Shown here one piece after another: positions 44,959-55,700 of a stretch of DNA of 64,000 nucleotides. Source of the stretch: a virus; IMG/VR virus record IMGVR_UViG_3300048838_001106, positions 1 to 64,000 of that record. One strand, 5' to 3'. A program made the position numbers and the translations under genes. Under the pieces are notes generated by a model. That model saw only the letters and a list, made by a program, of their open reading frames with translations. It was not told the DNA's origin and searched no databases. Position 1 is the stretch's first letter. Each line of letters begins with the position of its first letter.

Positions 44959-46857
44959 TCAGTCCATAATCTCTGAAACTTTGTCGATAATCCGTCGCTT
45001 TCTATACGAAAGCTGTCCCTGCGTCAGGCCCGTCTTCGCTGCGAGCTGTGGATTGCTCAAGATAGGCTTTCCGGAATAGCCTGTCGAGTGTTCAAAGATG
45101 AGTTTGTCGATTGGGTCCATGTCGAAGTATAGCATGTCCACCAGGCCGTCGTCGGAATCTGAGCCCCACACACTCTTTCGCTCGAACAACCCTGCTCCTG
45201 TATCGAGCGACTCAATCAACTCTGGCCTCATTGAGCGCTGCACATCGGCGACCATCTTGCGAGACCACCCTAAGTGATCTGCCAGCTCGACGTCCGTCGG
45301 CTCACGGCCGTTCAGACTCATCAACTCTTCGGTGCTTCTGTGATACGCATTGAACTTGAGCTTCTTGTACTCCGGCACACGCACAGCGTCTTGATGTGTG
45401 TAGACCTCGCGACTGATCTTCTTGAGCCTGTTTGTGACATGCGTTGCCAGCGCTGCGCCGGCGTTTGGGTTGTACGATTTGATGGCTTCGAGAGCCAGGC
45501 CTTTCGCTTTTGTCTCCAGGACAGGCCTGGAGATTGCGCCTGCCCATCGATTGACCTCGGACTGAATAACCGGATCAAGCTGCTGCATCAGAGGCTGAAG
45601 TGTGTGTGGGCCGGGGTTCGCTTTGTAGGCCTCCCACAGTTCGATGTCGCGGGTTTTTACGCTGGATCTTTTATGCATGCCTGTTGTTACTAAGTTCTCT
45701 AGCTCTAGCATGTCACCTCCAGGTAACGGCTTCCACCTGCGGCTCAATGCGGGTCTTAGTGCGTGATCTGTGACAATCTTCTCATAAGTAGGTGAGTTGT
45801 TAACTCTTCGCGCAGGGGAGTATCCACTATTCTGATGCCGTATGTGGTCTATACCTTCGGGCACGATGTCCCCTTCTTCGTAATGGCGTTGCCACGCGCT
45901 CTGATCTTTTTTAGGGATCTTTCGAGTGTCGTACTCAAACACGCGGCTTGTACCGTCGCGGTGTCTTTCCCAGGCAGTTCCTGGGATATGAGACGCCGCG
46001 GCGTACTCCATGGCCACTTCAGGATGTGCAGTTGTCCATCGCAAGTCGTCCGGCGCCGAAAACCTACTTCGCGGGTTGTGCGTTGTACCGTGGTATGCAG
46101 CGCTGCTCGGGGCGTAACCCTCTCCCATAATTGGTTGACCGTCTCTGGTTACTGTATTGGGAGACATCACTTTTTTATTGGGATGTCCGGCCAGTGTCTT
46201 AGCTCTAGCCGACGGTGTCTCGTCCATACGTCTCTTTAGCGTCACCGCGTCGTTCATGCTCCACGCAGACTGTTCTCGCAATGCGTTAAACTCTTCAATT
46301 TTAGCTTTGTTTACGGGGTCGTCAAAGTACTTGCTCTTTATCCTGGGGGTCATGTGGTCAACTAGCGGTGCTTCGGTCTGAGGTATGCCCAAGTGTGTTT
46401 GGAGCGTGCGTTTAAGTTTTCCAGCAGCGCCAAGTGCTGATGACAACAGAGTCGGCGGTGATGCAGTGTGTGGTATGTTTGCTTCTTGTGCCGCCAATGC
46501 GTCGAAGAAGATTCGGTTATACTGGTTTCGGATTTCGGTATTAAACCGGTCTAAGTCTTCTCGAGACACGACACGAACTTCTCTGCGCGGCACCACACCT
46601 CGCTTTAACGCTTCTTCGCGCATACGTGCTGCAGGGAAGTACTCAGGAGATAATTTCTCTGCGTAATCCACAAGTGCGGCCGCTGTGTTGCTTGGAACGC
46701 CGGTCCAGTCATTTGTGCGCATTGCATTCATTAAAGTGTCGGCAGTCACGTCGCTAGGAATAGCCCCAGCACCCTGAAGTTTTTGGATCATCTTGGTGCT
46801 GATTGCGGTCTTTTCCATACCAGGTGGTGGGCCGACCGTCTTATTCTGCATCGTCAT
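44959..46857 (-). CDS. ADP-ribosyltransferase-like domain fused to a sigma-70 family (FliA/SigF-like) domain
   Basis: Middle region: YHGT, WTTAHPEVAMEYA, PTYE. C-terminal ~240 aa: region 2 (AIKSYNPNAGAALATHV), VRVP, region 3 (GREPTDVELADHLGWS) and region 4 HTH (SNPQLAAKTGLTQGQLS). Confidence 0.72.
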   Translation of the reverse strand: MTMQNKTVGPPPGMEKTAISTKMIQKLQGAGAIPSDVTADTLMNAMRTNDWTGVPSNTAAALVDYAEKLSPEYFPAARMREEALKRGVVPRREVRVVSREDLDRFNTEIRNQYNRIFFDALAAQEANIPHTASPPTLLSSALGAAGKLKRTLQTHLGIPQTEAPLVDHMTPRIKSKYFDDPVNKAKIEEFNALREQSAWSMNDAVTLKRRMDETPSARAKTLAGHPNKKVMSPNTVTRDGQPIMGEGYAPSSAAYHGTTHNPRSRFSAPDDLRWTTAHPEVAMEYAAASHIPGTAWERHRDGTSRVFEYDTRKIPKKDQSAWQRHYEEGDIVPEGIDHIRHQNSGYSPARRVNNSPTYEKIVTDHALRPALSRRWKPLPGGDMLELENLVTTGMHKRSSVKTRDIELWEAYKANPGPHTLQPLMQQLDPVIQSEVNRWAGAISRPVLETKAKGLALEAIKSYNPNAGAALATHVTNRLKKISREVYTHQDAVRVPEYKKLKFNAYHRSTEELMSLNGREPTDVELADHLGWSRKMVADVQRSMRPELIESLDTGAGLFERKSVWGSDSDDGLVDMLYFDMDPIDKLIFEHSTGYSGKPILSNPQLAAKTGLTQGQLSYRKRRIIDKVSEIMD

Positions 46858-46865
46858 ACGTCTCC

Positions 46866-47639
46866 TTACATCCCTTCTCGAACTGTGTTCGCCGCGTCTA
46901 CTGCAAGTCCACCAGCTAGCATCGCACTTAATGCCCCTCCTGCAAATCGACCTGGGTGCTTGCGAAGATACGTCCCCATGTCACCCAGAGACTCTCTCAG
47001 CACGCTGTGTTCTTTGTTGCCTACGCCGCCTCGAATGTACTTGGGGTCGACGGGAAATTCCGACGTGGCAGCTACGGTATGCTTACTGGCTTCCCACCCT
47101 GATGGCGTGTCTTGACCCATAAGAAAGTCAGGGTCGTGACTAAACCTGTCAGCGAACTGCGTGTACGGCATGTCTATGGTGACTGTGCGGGGGTGTCCAA
47201 AGAGTAATTCTTTAGCTTTGCCACGTGCCAGTCTAGCTTCCACTCCGTCAAGGTCGGTTCCTGCCAATGCGTTTAATTCATCCTCATTCATCACCGAAAA
47301 CGTGTTCGCAATAACCGACTGTGGCGTAACGTGAATCTTGTTTTTGCTGTTTTCGACGAAGTTTCCGTCGATGAACGATGCTCCTGTTCCGCCGTACTCA
47401 GGGCGCAGCCCTTCCCGAAGGATTGACTTGTGAGCATCATCAGACGCCGTACCGTGATACAGACGCTGCTGATTAGTCAAGCGGCTGTACGCGCCTGGTG
47501 CCAGCGCGCCAGCTATGCCTACCTGGGCAGCCGCGCCTGCGTAGTCGCCTACGCCCGGCTTATCCGGTTGTTCCAGGCCCAGGCTTTCCATGATGCCTGC
47601 TGTTTTGATGATGAGGTTGTAGCCATCGGTGTAGTTCAT
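46866..47639 (-). CDS. ART-fold (Tpt1/KptA-like) domain protein
   Basis: RLYHGT......SILREGLRP, IHVT and VDPKYI; N-terminal YTDG..KTAG tag. Confidence 0.55.
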   Translation of the reverse strand: MNYTDGYNLIIKTAGIMESLGLEQPDKPGVGDYAGAAAQVGIAGALAPGAYSRLTNQQRLYHGTASDDAHKSILREGLRPEYGGTGASFIDGNFVENSKNKIHVTPQSVIANTFSVMNEDELNALAGTDLDGVEARLARGKAKELLFGHPRTVTIDMPYTQFADRFSHDPDFLMGQDTPSGWEASKHTVAATSEFPVDPKYIRGGVGNKEHSVLRESLGDMGTYLRKHPGRFAGGALSAMLAGGLAVDAANTVREGM

Positions 47640-47642
47640 AAT

Positions 47643-48653
47643 TTACTTCTGCGTTACAGGCTTCATTGCGTAGCCAACTTGGTCTCCGTCACGTGCGCGG
47701 CGAACGGTGTACTCTGCGACGGGCTCAGGGATCATGCTGGGCGTTACCATGGTCTCATAAGTTGGGTGTCTTCGGCCGGCGATGACGTCGGATCTAGTCC
47801 TGGGATGCCACTTGCCGTCTTGTAATGGAGTCTCAGGTCTATTCACCAACTTGCCGTCCGCAAACCATTGGCGGCTGTACTCACCGGTTGGGTCGGAAAT
47901 GCGATTTGTTCTGAGCTGGTTTAGGTCCTCTGCGCGCGCGTTTATGTATTCTTGCGGCCCAATTCCTTGCCAATCTGCAGATGCCTCGGGGATAGGGCTG
48001 CCTAGTACTGGATCTTGTTTGAAGTCTGACTTTCTGTAGGCAAACATTCGGTTCGTATGTGGGCTATACCCACCCAGAGCAGCGTCACCGCTGGCGTACC
48101 CCGCTGCAACTTCGGGATGCCTGGACATATAAAACAGCTCTTTCTCTGAAGCCACATCTACTGGGTTGCCTCGATATAATATGTCGCCCGGCGCGTCTGA
48201 GTTTTTTCGAATGAACTCGGCATTGCCAGCAGATGGTACGAACGACTCACCTGGTTTTGGTGCGTGAGCTCCACTAAACCGCCGGTCAAGAGCTTGGCGT
48301 GCTGTGGCCTGTTGCAGTGTACTACTACTACGCGTTCTCAACACGTCTCGGTACGCATGGTGCGGAATCGTTAGTCTTGCTGGAGGACTATTATCATGGA
48401 ATATGCGCGCCCATGCAGGACCGAGTGATTTTTCGATTTCCGCGGTTCCTAGCAACGCATTTGAAAAAGCGTTTTGTCCCTCATGACCGGGTACAAAAGC
48501 ATTGATATTCCGGTTCGGTCCTTGAAACGATTTAGCGTATTCTGGATATTGCTCAGATAGACGCTTGTATAGTTCGCGCATCGGGCGATTCATCGCCACC
48601 TTTTCCACCAACGCTACACCTTCCCAGTATGCACTGCTCATGCTCGTACTCAC
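47643..48653 (-). CDS. ADP-ribosyltransferase-like protein (R-S-E pattern)
   Basis: LYRG, FYMSRHPEVAAGYA, RMFAY and PTYETMV; N-terminal YWEG..EKVA tag. Confidence 0.55.
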   Translation of the reverse strand: MSTSMSSAYWEGVALVEKVAMNRPMRELYKRLSEQYPEYAKSFQGPNRNINAFVPGHEGQNAFSNALLGTAEIEKSLGPAWARIFHDNSPPARLTIPHHAYRDVLRTRSSSTLQQATARQALDRRFSGAHAPKPGESFVPSAGNAEFIRKNSDAPGDILYRGNPVDVASEKELFYMSRHPEVAAGYASGDAALGGYSPHTNRMFAYRKSDFKQDPVLGSPIPEASADWQGIGPQEYINARAEDLNQLRTNRISDPTGEYSRQWFADGKLVNRPETPLQDGKWHPRTRSDVIAGRRHPTYETMVTPSMIPEPVAEYTVRRARDGDQVGYAMKPVTQK

Positions 48654-48671
48654 ATCCCGTTATTAAAAGAT

Positions 48672-48926
48672 CTACATCATCCATCGTCTGTAATTCGACT
48701 CATTTTCGAGGTCCGTTCCAAGTGCGTCGTTCGAAATATTTCGAAGATCGTTAGCTACCGTTCTAGCGTCATTCCACGGGGCGAAGCCGCCGGTGTCTAG
48801 TAGAATACCTGTTGTTCCCACTGCACCTAGAGCGGATGCGGCATGTAGATGGGACAATTCTGGCAGCTTCGTCATCAACCCCGCAACCTTCATTGCGCGC
48901 CGATATCCCATCTCGTAGCTATTCAT
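48672..48926 (-). CDS. Small tagged-family protein
   Basis: YEMG..KVAG and DART.ANDLRNISN..LGTDL. Confidence 0.6.
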   Translation of the reverse strand: MNSYEMGYRRAMKVAGLMTKLPELSHLHAASALGAVGTTGILLDTGGFAPWNDARTVANDLRNISNDALGTDLENESNYRRWMM

Positions 48927-48929
48927 GTC

Positions 48930-51104
48930 TTATCCTCTATAGGCAGTTTGTGTCTGGTACACTCGAGCCCTGTAGGCTAGAAGCCTCTCCTGCCACGACC
49001 TCGATGAATCTGATTCGCTTATCCTACACGGATTGCCATCTACGTCTACGCTTTCTTGCTGAGCAATATCCTCGTTAGACACAAGAATTTGGACGTAATA
49101 CGGAGCGCCGTGCCCCTCACTTGGGCTGCTGGCGGATACTAACCCGCGTCTGGTTCCTCGGTCGCCTTGTGCATCGATGAATTGTTCAAGTGTGCAGATG
49201 GGTCTAGCGGCATATGTAAATGCAGCCTCCGGGTCATCCATAAATCTGCGGTAGCCGGGAGTAAGGCGAAAGTCAGGCGCTTCGCCGGTCACAGGCGACG
49301 ACACCACGCGCTCCGCGTTTTCCTTGTTCAATTGAATGGGTTCAATTATGCCTTCATCGCCTCGCAAGCCGAACACCTTCAGCAGGTCAAACAGCACCTT
49401 GTCTTTTGGCTTGTCGGCGCCGTAGAACATCCGCTGGTAATACTCGGACGCTTTTGCTTTTGTTTGGAAAACATCACGTATCGCCTGCACGGGGTGTTCT
49501 GGAGCGATAGATGGTGTGTTGTCGGTGATCTCGTCTATCCCCTCCTTGACCATCTGGTCCATCAGCAGGTCAATGACTTCGGATATCGGAGTGGCATACG
49601 TCATCGACACCTGTGTTGACATGTTCTCCTGCGAGAATGAATGATTGATTTGCGTAACATATGCGATGAGATGAACGCTTGAGTGTTCATTGTCGATAAT
49701 TGCGCTCGGGCATCCTGGTACTATGTATGGATTGTATGGTCCTGATGTGCCCGCATTTCGCTGTGCGGCGCGTGTCCGAAGATGCTCGTACCTGCAGAAC
49801 TTGTACTGAAGCGCGGCGTTCGCTGCACTGGTTCTTTCTGTCTGTTGAAGAAACATGTACCACGTAGGTGTGTTCATGTTGTTGTACACTGGGCCTTTGA
49901 AACGCTCTTCTTTGGTTATGAAGTTGAACACGCTCTCCTCGGAGTGATCCCCTGTTTTCTTCCGAGACAAGCGTTCGTTGGCTTCTGCCGGGTAACCCAC
50001 AGTAAGAGCCCTTGTTAGAACGTCGTTCGGTGACTGCTGCGCGAGCATATTCAGGACATGTGGATTGCCAAGGTATGTGCGCGTCGGCTGACGGGCGTAA
50101 GATTCGTCGTAGGAGAACTGCTCAATCATGCTTGGCCATAGAACGTTGAATCTTGGCGGAATACCAAATATGGTCTGAGGCTTAGTCATGTACGACGCCA
50201 CAACGTTGCGCAGTCTTGGTGGACCACCAGCTACCGTGTCTTCTCCAAAAGGCTCTCGCGTTGTCTCGTCCACCAGCAAGTAGGGCGCGGTGGGCAACAT
50301 CAGAAGCTCGTAATACATCGCCTGAAAGATGGTGGTAACGATGTTGTAGAACGATCCCTGGTCAAGCTGATTGCCCATCTTCGCTAAAGCCTCGATAGCG
50401 GATGTCGACTGCGTGGCTTTTAAGATAGGAAAAATGTGCGGCTCTGCATCTGCGTCGACGCCCACCAGGGATTCGACAAGCACAGATGGTACAAAGCGAT
50501 CTTTGAATTTGACCCTGTCCACCCATGGCTTAAACCATTGTTTGATAACCTCGGCCTGGTCAGACGACGGCATGGTGTCGCCAGACAGGTACTTGATCAG
50601 GCCCTCAACAAACTCAAATGGCCTTCGAATTTTATTGCCGCTCACAAAACCTGTTGTCAGCAAGCCATGCGTCGGTGCGAATGGATTGTTGACAAGCGTT
50701 GTGCCTCCTGTCGTGGACGTCTGCCCCTGAATAATGGTGTTCAGAGACTTAACGACATAAGGGAACAACCTGGTCAGAGACTCCATGAAGTCTACTGCTG
50801 TGTACGATATGTTACGTCCGCCTCCAGTTGACGAGTATGAGAAATTCGTAATCTCACCGTCAAAGGCAAGTCTGAACTCTGGCTTCTTGCCTTCAACTCG
50901 TGCCTGATGCGGATCTAAAGCAAATATCGTTAGCCGAACACGGTCGTCCCTGCCTATTCTTTGAAACACCCTGTCTGCCGGAAAGGTGACAGTTGCAGTG
51001 GGTATTGACCATACTCCGTAGGATATCTGTGCAGATATTGCGGGGCACTGCACGCCTTGCACATACACCAACCAACTCGCCCTGTTGACATACGCTGCAG
51101 TCAT
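48930..51104 (-). CDS. Baseplate hub-like tail protein
   Basis: 724 aa in the post-tape-measure position; beta-rich N-terminus (FDGEI) and a NPYIVPG.P...AYV.QINH hub-like motif. Confidence 0.55.
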   Translation of the reverse strand: MTAAYVNRASWLVYVQGVQCPAISAQISYGVWSIPTATVTFPADRVFQRIGRDDRVRLTIFALDPHQARVEGKKPEFRLAFDGEITNFSYSSTGGGRNISYTAVDFMESLTRLFPYVVKSLNTIIQGQTSTTGGTTLVNNPFAPTHGLLTTGFVSGNKIRRPFEFVEGLIKYLSGDTMPSSDQAEVIKQWFKPWVDRVKFKDRFVPSVLVESLVGVDADAEPHIFPILKATQSTSAIEALAKMGNQLDQGSFYNIVTTIFQAMYYELLMLPTAPYLLVDETTREPFGEDTVAGGPPRLRNVVASYMTKPQTIFGIPPRFNVLWPSMIEQFSYDESYARQPTRTYLGNPHVLNMLAQQSPNDVLTRALTVGYPAEANERLSRKKTGDHSEESVFNFITKEERFKGPVYNNMNTPTWYMFLQQTERTSAANAALQYKFCRYEHLRTRAAQRNAGTSGPYNPYIVPGCPSAIIDNEHSSVHLIAYVTQINHSFSQENMSTQVSMTYATPISEVIDLLMDQMVKEGIDEITDNTPSIAPEHPVQAIRDVFQTKAKASEYYQRMFYGADKPKDKVLFDLLKVFGLRGDEGIIEPIQLNKENAERVVSSPVTGEAPDFRLTPGYRRFMDDPEAAFTYAARPICTLEQFIDAQGDRGTRRGLVSASSPSEGHGAPYYVQILVSNEDIAQQESVDVDGNPCRISESDSSRSWQERLLAYRARVYQTQTAYRG

Positions 51105-51625
51105 GTGGTCACCACGATATTCAGGTCAATAAGCGCTGCAATGACACATATGCATGCGGTAGCAGCGGCTCTGTATAGTCCATTGTCTGACAGGAAGCGG
51201 TCTAGAATCCACTCTGAGATGGCTGGATGCAGTCCTTTTGCCTCCAGCTCTTGCAGGGCTGGTGTGATGTTGCCGTAGTATGGTCGTAGGATCAGGTCCA
51301 GGTCGAGTACGCGAATCCTTGACCGAAATGTGATGTCCAACGTGTCTTCCTCGTAGTATGGCTTAACCAGGTTACCAAACTCGAACAGAGCTGCGGTGTA
51401 GAGCACCGCTTTAACGGCGGGCGCGCCTGTGGACTCGCTGAGTATGTTGCCTCTGATTACGCGGAGCAGCGCGTTGGCATTAGGCATTGACAGTGCGCCA
51501 AGCAACTTGGCCTCCAGATCCGACTCGGCACTAGTAACGTCGTCTTCCGCCAGGCGCAGCGGAATGCTAACTGTCAGGCCTAAAATAGGGCCGTCGGACC
51601 CCAATTGAATGCTGATGTTGGTCAT
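51101..51625 (-). CDS. Hypothetical tail-region protein
   Basis: 174 aa, coupled to its neighbours. Confidence 0.6.
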   Translation of the reverse strand: MTNISIQLGSDGPILGLTVSIPLRLAEDDVTSAESDLEAKLLGALSMPNANALLRVIRGNILSESTGAPAVKAVLYTAALFEFGNLVKPYYEEDTLDITFRSRIRVLDLDLILRPYYGNITPALQELEAKGLHPAISEWILDRFLSDNGLYRAAATACICVIAALIDLNIVVTT

Positions 51626-52548
51626 TAAATAGCCTCACCAGATAGAGGTATGTTGCCTTGTTTGAAGTCAAGCGTAGACGAGTCGCCGCTCTCGCTTGCT
51701 GTAACCACCGCGGACCCTGCGCGGATCGCAGCATTCACACTGTCTATCGCGGTTGCTACCGTAGTTGTCACAGCAGACGCCTGTGCAAGGCTGCTATGCA
51801 CAGTCATTCGCGCGGCTTCAGCTGGCGTCACGATCGACACTGCAGCTCCTGCTTCGATGAAAATCTGCGATGGGTCATCGTTGGCAAGCGCAAATGTAGG
51901 GCCAGGGGCATCAGATGCGCGAAAAATGCCCACATCTTTGACCAGAACCTGAAACCCTAAACTAACAGACGTCTCCATGTTCCCATCGAGAGACGTAGTG
52001 TTGCCGACTAGATATCCCGTGATGCGTCTCCAGTCATATGCAATAGTGACAGGAAACCCTATGTCTGCCAGTCGCGTGCCTCTGAGCACGTTGTTGTACA
52101 GGATGTGCCACGCATCGTACCAGTTGTCCTGCACCGTGTTGAGCAGTGCGCCTTGGAAGCTGTACATCCTGGCTTTTCTTCCGAAGAAGAAAGCAACATA
52201 GGCGTCTGACAACACTTCACTGACCTGAACTTTTTCCTGACTTGACTCCTGAATATTCTGCAGCAGGAAGTCTAGATAGACGCGTCTTGAGTCTGCTCCG
52301 GTAACCTGCAACACTGCCTGAGCATAGGCCTTTGCTTCGTCTGTCGGCATGGATGCGACAATAGCAGCAGCAGTCTCGTCATCCGGCACCTCTATGTACA
52401 GCCTCGCCTGGGTCTGCTGCGCCGCCGCAGTGGTGTTGCCTGGATTGTATTTTGGTGTGCCAGCAGGATGCTCTGCGTAGACTCCACGAACACGTGCCTG
52501 TGGGTCATTCAGACTGGTGTCACCACCATAAATCGGCCTTCTAGTCAT
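51625..52548 (-). CDS. Tail tube initiator/baseplate-associated protein
   Basis: 307 aa after the tape measure gene; beta-rich FFG....YSFQG.LLN segment. Confidence 0.5.
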   Translation of the reverse strand: MTRRPIYGGDTSLNDPQARVRGVYAEHPAGTPKYNPGNTTAAAQQTQARLYIEVPDDETAAAIVASMPTDEAKAYAQAVLQVTGADSRRVYLDFLLQNIQESSQEKVQVSEVLSDAYVAFFFGRKARMYSFQGALLNTVQDNWYDAWHILYNNVLRGTRLADIGFPVTIAYDWRRITGYLVGNTTSLDGNMETSVSLGFQVLVKDVGIFRASDAPGPTFALANDDPSQIFIEAGAAVSIVTPAEAARMTVHSSLAQASAVTTTVATAIDSVNAAIRAGSAVVTASESGDSSTLDFKQGNIPLSGEAI

Positions 52549-52745
52549 GGACGCCTCTTCGTGACTGTGACTACCATCGGTCTGGTCTCGTGAACCATGC
52601 GTAGACTTCGCGCCACCAGACTGTCGACGTTAACAGCGGCTGGCGTCATTCTTCGGTGGTTGTCGATAATATTCTCGGTATACAGCCTGATAGTTTCAGG
52701 GCCTGATGGGTGCACTATTTTGAGTCTAGATGTCATAGTGGTCAA
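52545..52745 (-). CDS. Small hypothetical protein
   Basis: 66 aa filling the gap, with 4-nt overlaps on both sides. Confidence 0.45.
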   Translation of the reverse strand: MTTMTSRLKIVHPSGPETIRLYTENIIDNHRRMTPAAVNVDSLVARSLRMVHETRPMVVTVTKRRP

Positions 52746-55700
52746 TCCGGTGCGTTAGGGTCTTCGACCATCTTGGTAGCAGCCTGCTTAGCTTTGTTGT
52801 TGGTCCCGAGCAACGCGCGTGTGTTGTCCTCAAGAGCGCGCGCGTTGTAATCCACGGATGCATTAAGCCTGCTAAAGAATTGGCTCTGTGCTTCGATCGC
52901 GATCTCTTGATTAGTGATGCCTTCGCTGGTGGCGCCTACTCCCTTCGTTTTGATATCTAGCTCACCACCGCCCATACCCATGTCTCCAAGGAGATCTAGA
53001 GCCGTAAGCATGTCCTCATCTTTCTCCAAATCCAGAGACTGGAACTTAGAGAAGTTGCTGGCGCCCATGGTTTTTTGAAGGGCGGCTGCATTGACTCCTG
53101 TCGCCTTTTGAAGACGCGCTGCGTGACTTTTGAGATTGTCGTCCTTCTTGAATGCTACCTCACCATTCGCGCCAGCGCCCTGAAGCACGGCTGCTGCTTC
53201 TCTGCTGGACGTTAGCAGGTTGTCGAACGCAGCGGCCTGCCGAGTGTCACCAATCTTAGACAGGGCTCCTGCTTTTAGCTTGGTGATGTCTGCTCTGCCG
53301 TTAGAGACGGCGACCCTGTCTTCGACTCGTGGAACATTAAGTATTCTGTCAGCCTGCACCATAAGTGCTTCCTGATGATCTTTAGACAGGCCCTTGAACT
53401 TAGCGCGCGCGGACTCCAGTTTGCTTATATGTGCGTCGCCCTCCGTCTCCAGCAGGGACTTGTGTAGCTGCTGAGCTATGGATTTCATGCCTCCTGTTGA
53501 TTCAAGTGCTGCTGCTAGTGCCAGGTAGTATCCCTGCTCAGACGCGTCATCCCCTGTCAACATGAGCATAACTTCCATGGCCGCGCGCTGCGAATCATTT
53601 AGGTCGTCTATTTCTACGTCCTTAAATATTTCGCCGCCAAACATAGCTGACAACGCCGCGTTAGCGTTGGCGCCTCCGCCAGCCCCGGTAAACTCTCTTC
53701 CTAGCTTAGTGGCGTTAGCGACAAGAGCTTTTTCTGTGTGGAAAGTTTGATACTGCTCGGCCTTAGAACCGCCAGCCAGTGCCGCTGTGTCCATGAAAGC
53801 GCGCTGCTCGGCTTCTGTCAGGTTGTCCCAGCCAGGCACGGCTTCTCTGAAATCTGAAAGTGCAATCATGCCTGGGTCTGTGATGCCCATACCTACTTCG
53901 CTGGCCATCTTTTTGCCAATGGTAACCTGAGCCTTGGCCAGTACAGCATCATCTCCTATCTTAGCACGAAGCGACGCTCTGGCCGCGGCTCTGTCTTCGC
54001 TAGACAGCGGTTTGCCGTACGACCCAGCTAGCTTATCTAACGCGGCAGCGTCTGTTTCCGATGGATCTAAGTAGTTTCTTAAAGCACCTAGTGACCTGCC
54101 AGCTCTGGAATTAGACATGGCATATCTGCCAGTGCCAAATAGGGCTTCGTTGCCGTCGTGAGCCATGTGATCGTACGAGCCCTGAATAACCCTGGCCCCA
54201 AAACTTCGTATAGTCCCCCGGCCCATCAGCTCATCTCTATACGTCAGGTCTTCGTCGAACATGCTAAATTTGTCCGACCCTTCATTGACAGCTTTGTCCG
54301 CGTACAGAAGCGCTTCCTTCCTTGAAACGCCGGGTGTCTGCATGCCTTCGCGCACAGCACGTCTAACGCCAACAGCTTCCAGCTTCGCGCTCTCTTCCAT
54401 GCCCTCTATGGTGTCGGACCATGATCTTTGCATGCTGTCTATCGGTGACGGCAGTCGCATGCCGTGTCGCGCTAAAAACCCAAACTCAGGCGCAGTTCTT
54501 TGTGATGCTTCAAATTGTTGGCGCTCCAGCTCCTTGTTCATCTGTGCCATGATGTTCTTTTGATACGTCTTGTCTGTCTGTCGCATCAAAACAGCTGCGG
54601 CGTCCTCGCCCACATTCATATTAAGGATAGACTGGACATCGAGATTTGGGTTCCGCTCTGACAGTGTCAAAGCCATATCAAACATCATGCGCTGCGCACC
54701 TGCGGGGCCTGACATGTCCCCAAGCGCGTTCGTCAATTCCCTTCGCTGATTGCCTGCAAGGTTCTGCCATGCTTTTTGTGACAAGTCTGTGCGCCCGGAC
54801 GCTGCCTGAAGCGCGTCGTGAAATGTAGTCTTTCCTGTTTGCAAATCCCGCAGGCGATCTTTGTTAATGGACAGGCGCCCGCCTTTGCCTTCGTCAACCA
54901 GGAAAGGCAGAATGTACTGTGATAGAGCAGAGATCGACGCACCTCCAACCTCAGTCATCATCTGCGCGACACCAGACTCGCCACCATACATGGCCAGGTC
55001 GCGCTCATTGAACGTGCCTGCCGCCATGAGTTGCTTGGTGGCGCCGAGTGCATGCACACCTGCCTGAAGACCTTGTGCGCCAGCTAACCCGAGTTGCTGG
55101 TATGTGACTGCTCCCTGCATACCCTGCGTCTGCATGGCCTCTTCTACAGACACCCCCGCCATGCGTGAGTATGCCTCCATGTTTCTCAGGGCCTCGTCCA
55201 TCTTATTCATGCCCATTCCAAGCTGACGTAGCTTGCCTATCTTTTGAATGTTGGCCTGAAAGTCAGGATCTCCGGTTATCTGAGACATCGTTGAGACTAA
55301 CGACATGATGTTCTTGGTAGCCTTGATGATCTGTTCAGAATTCTGTTCGAAGTCTAAAAGCCCCTGCTCACCCGACATCTGAACAAGCCTGGTGATGTCC
55401 TTGCGATTCATGTCCCCGTTAGTAGAGCTTGCCAGACGATCCATGCCATACGTCATGCGCTGAGCCGCTGACGATGACAGCCCTGTTCCAGATATGTCAG
55501 TGTCTGCATTCGAGGACAGCATATACGCCCTGGAAGCGTACTGCGTCTGGATAGCATCATACCTTCTCTCCAGTGCAGGACGCATCACTGCAGCTACAGC
55601 TCTGTCCGCTCCTGGCACAAATTGCAGCATCTCTCCCGCTACTGCACCGATACCGCTGCCAGCGATAGGGTTGCCAACTGCGGCACCGCCTACAGCACCA

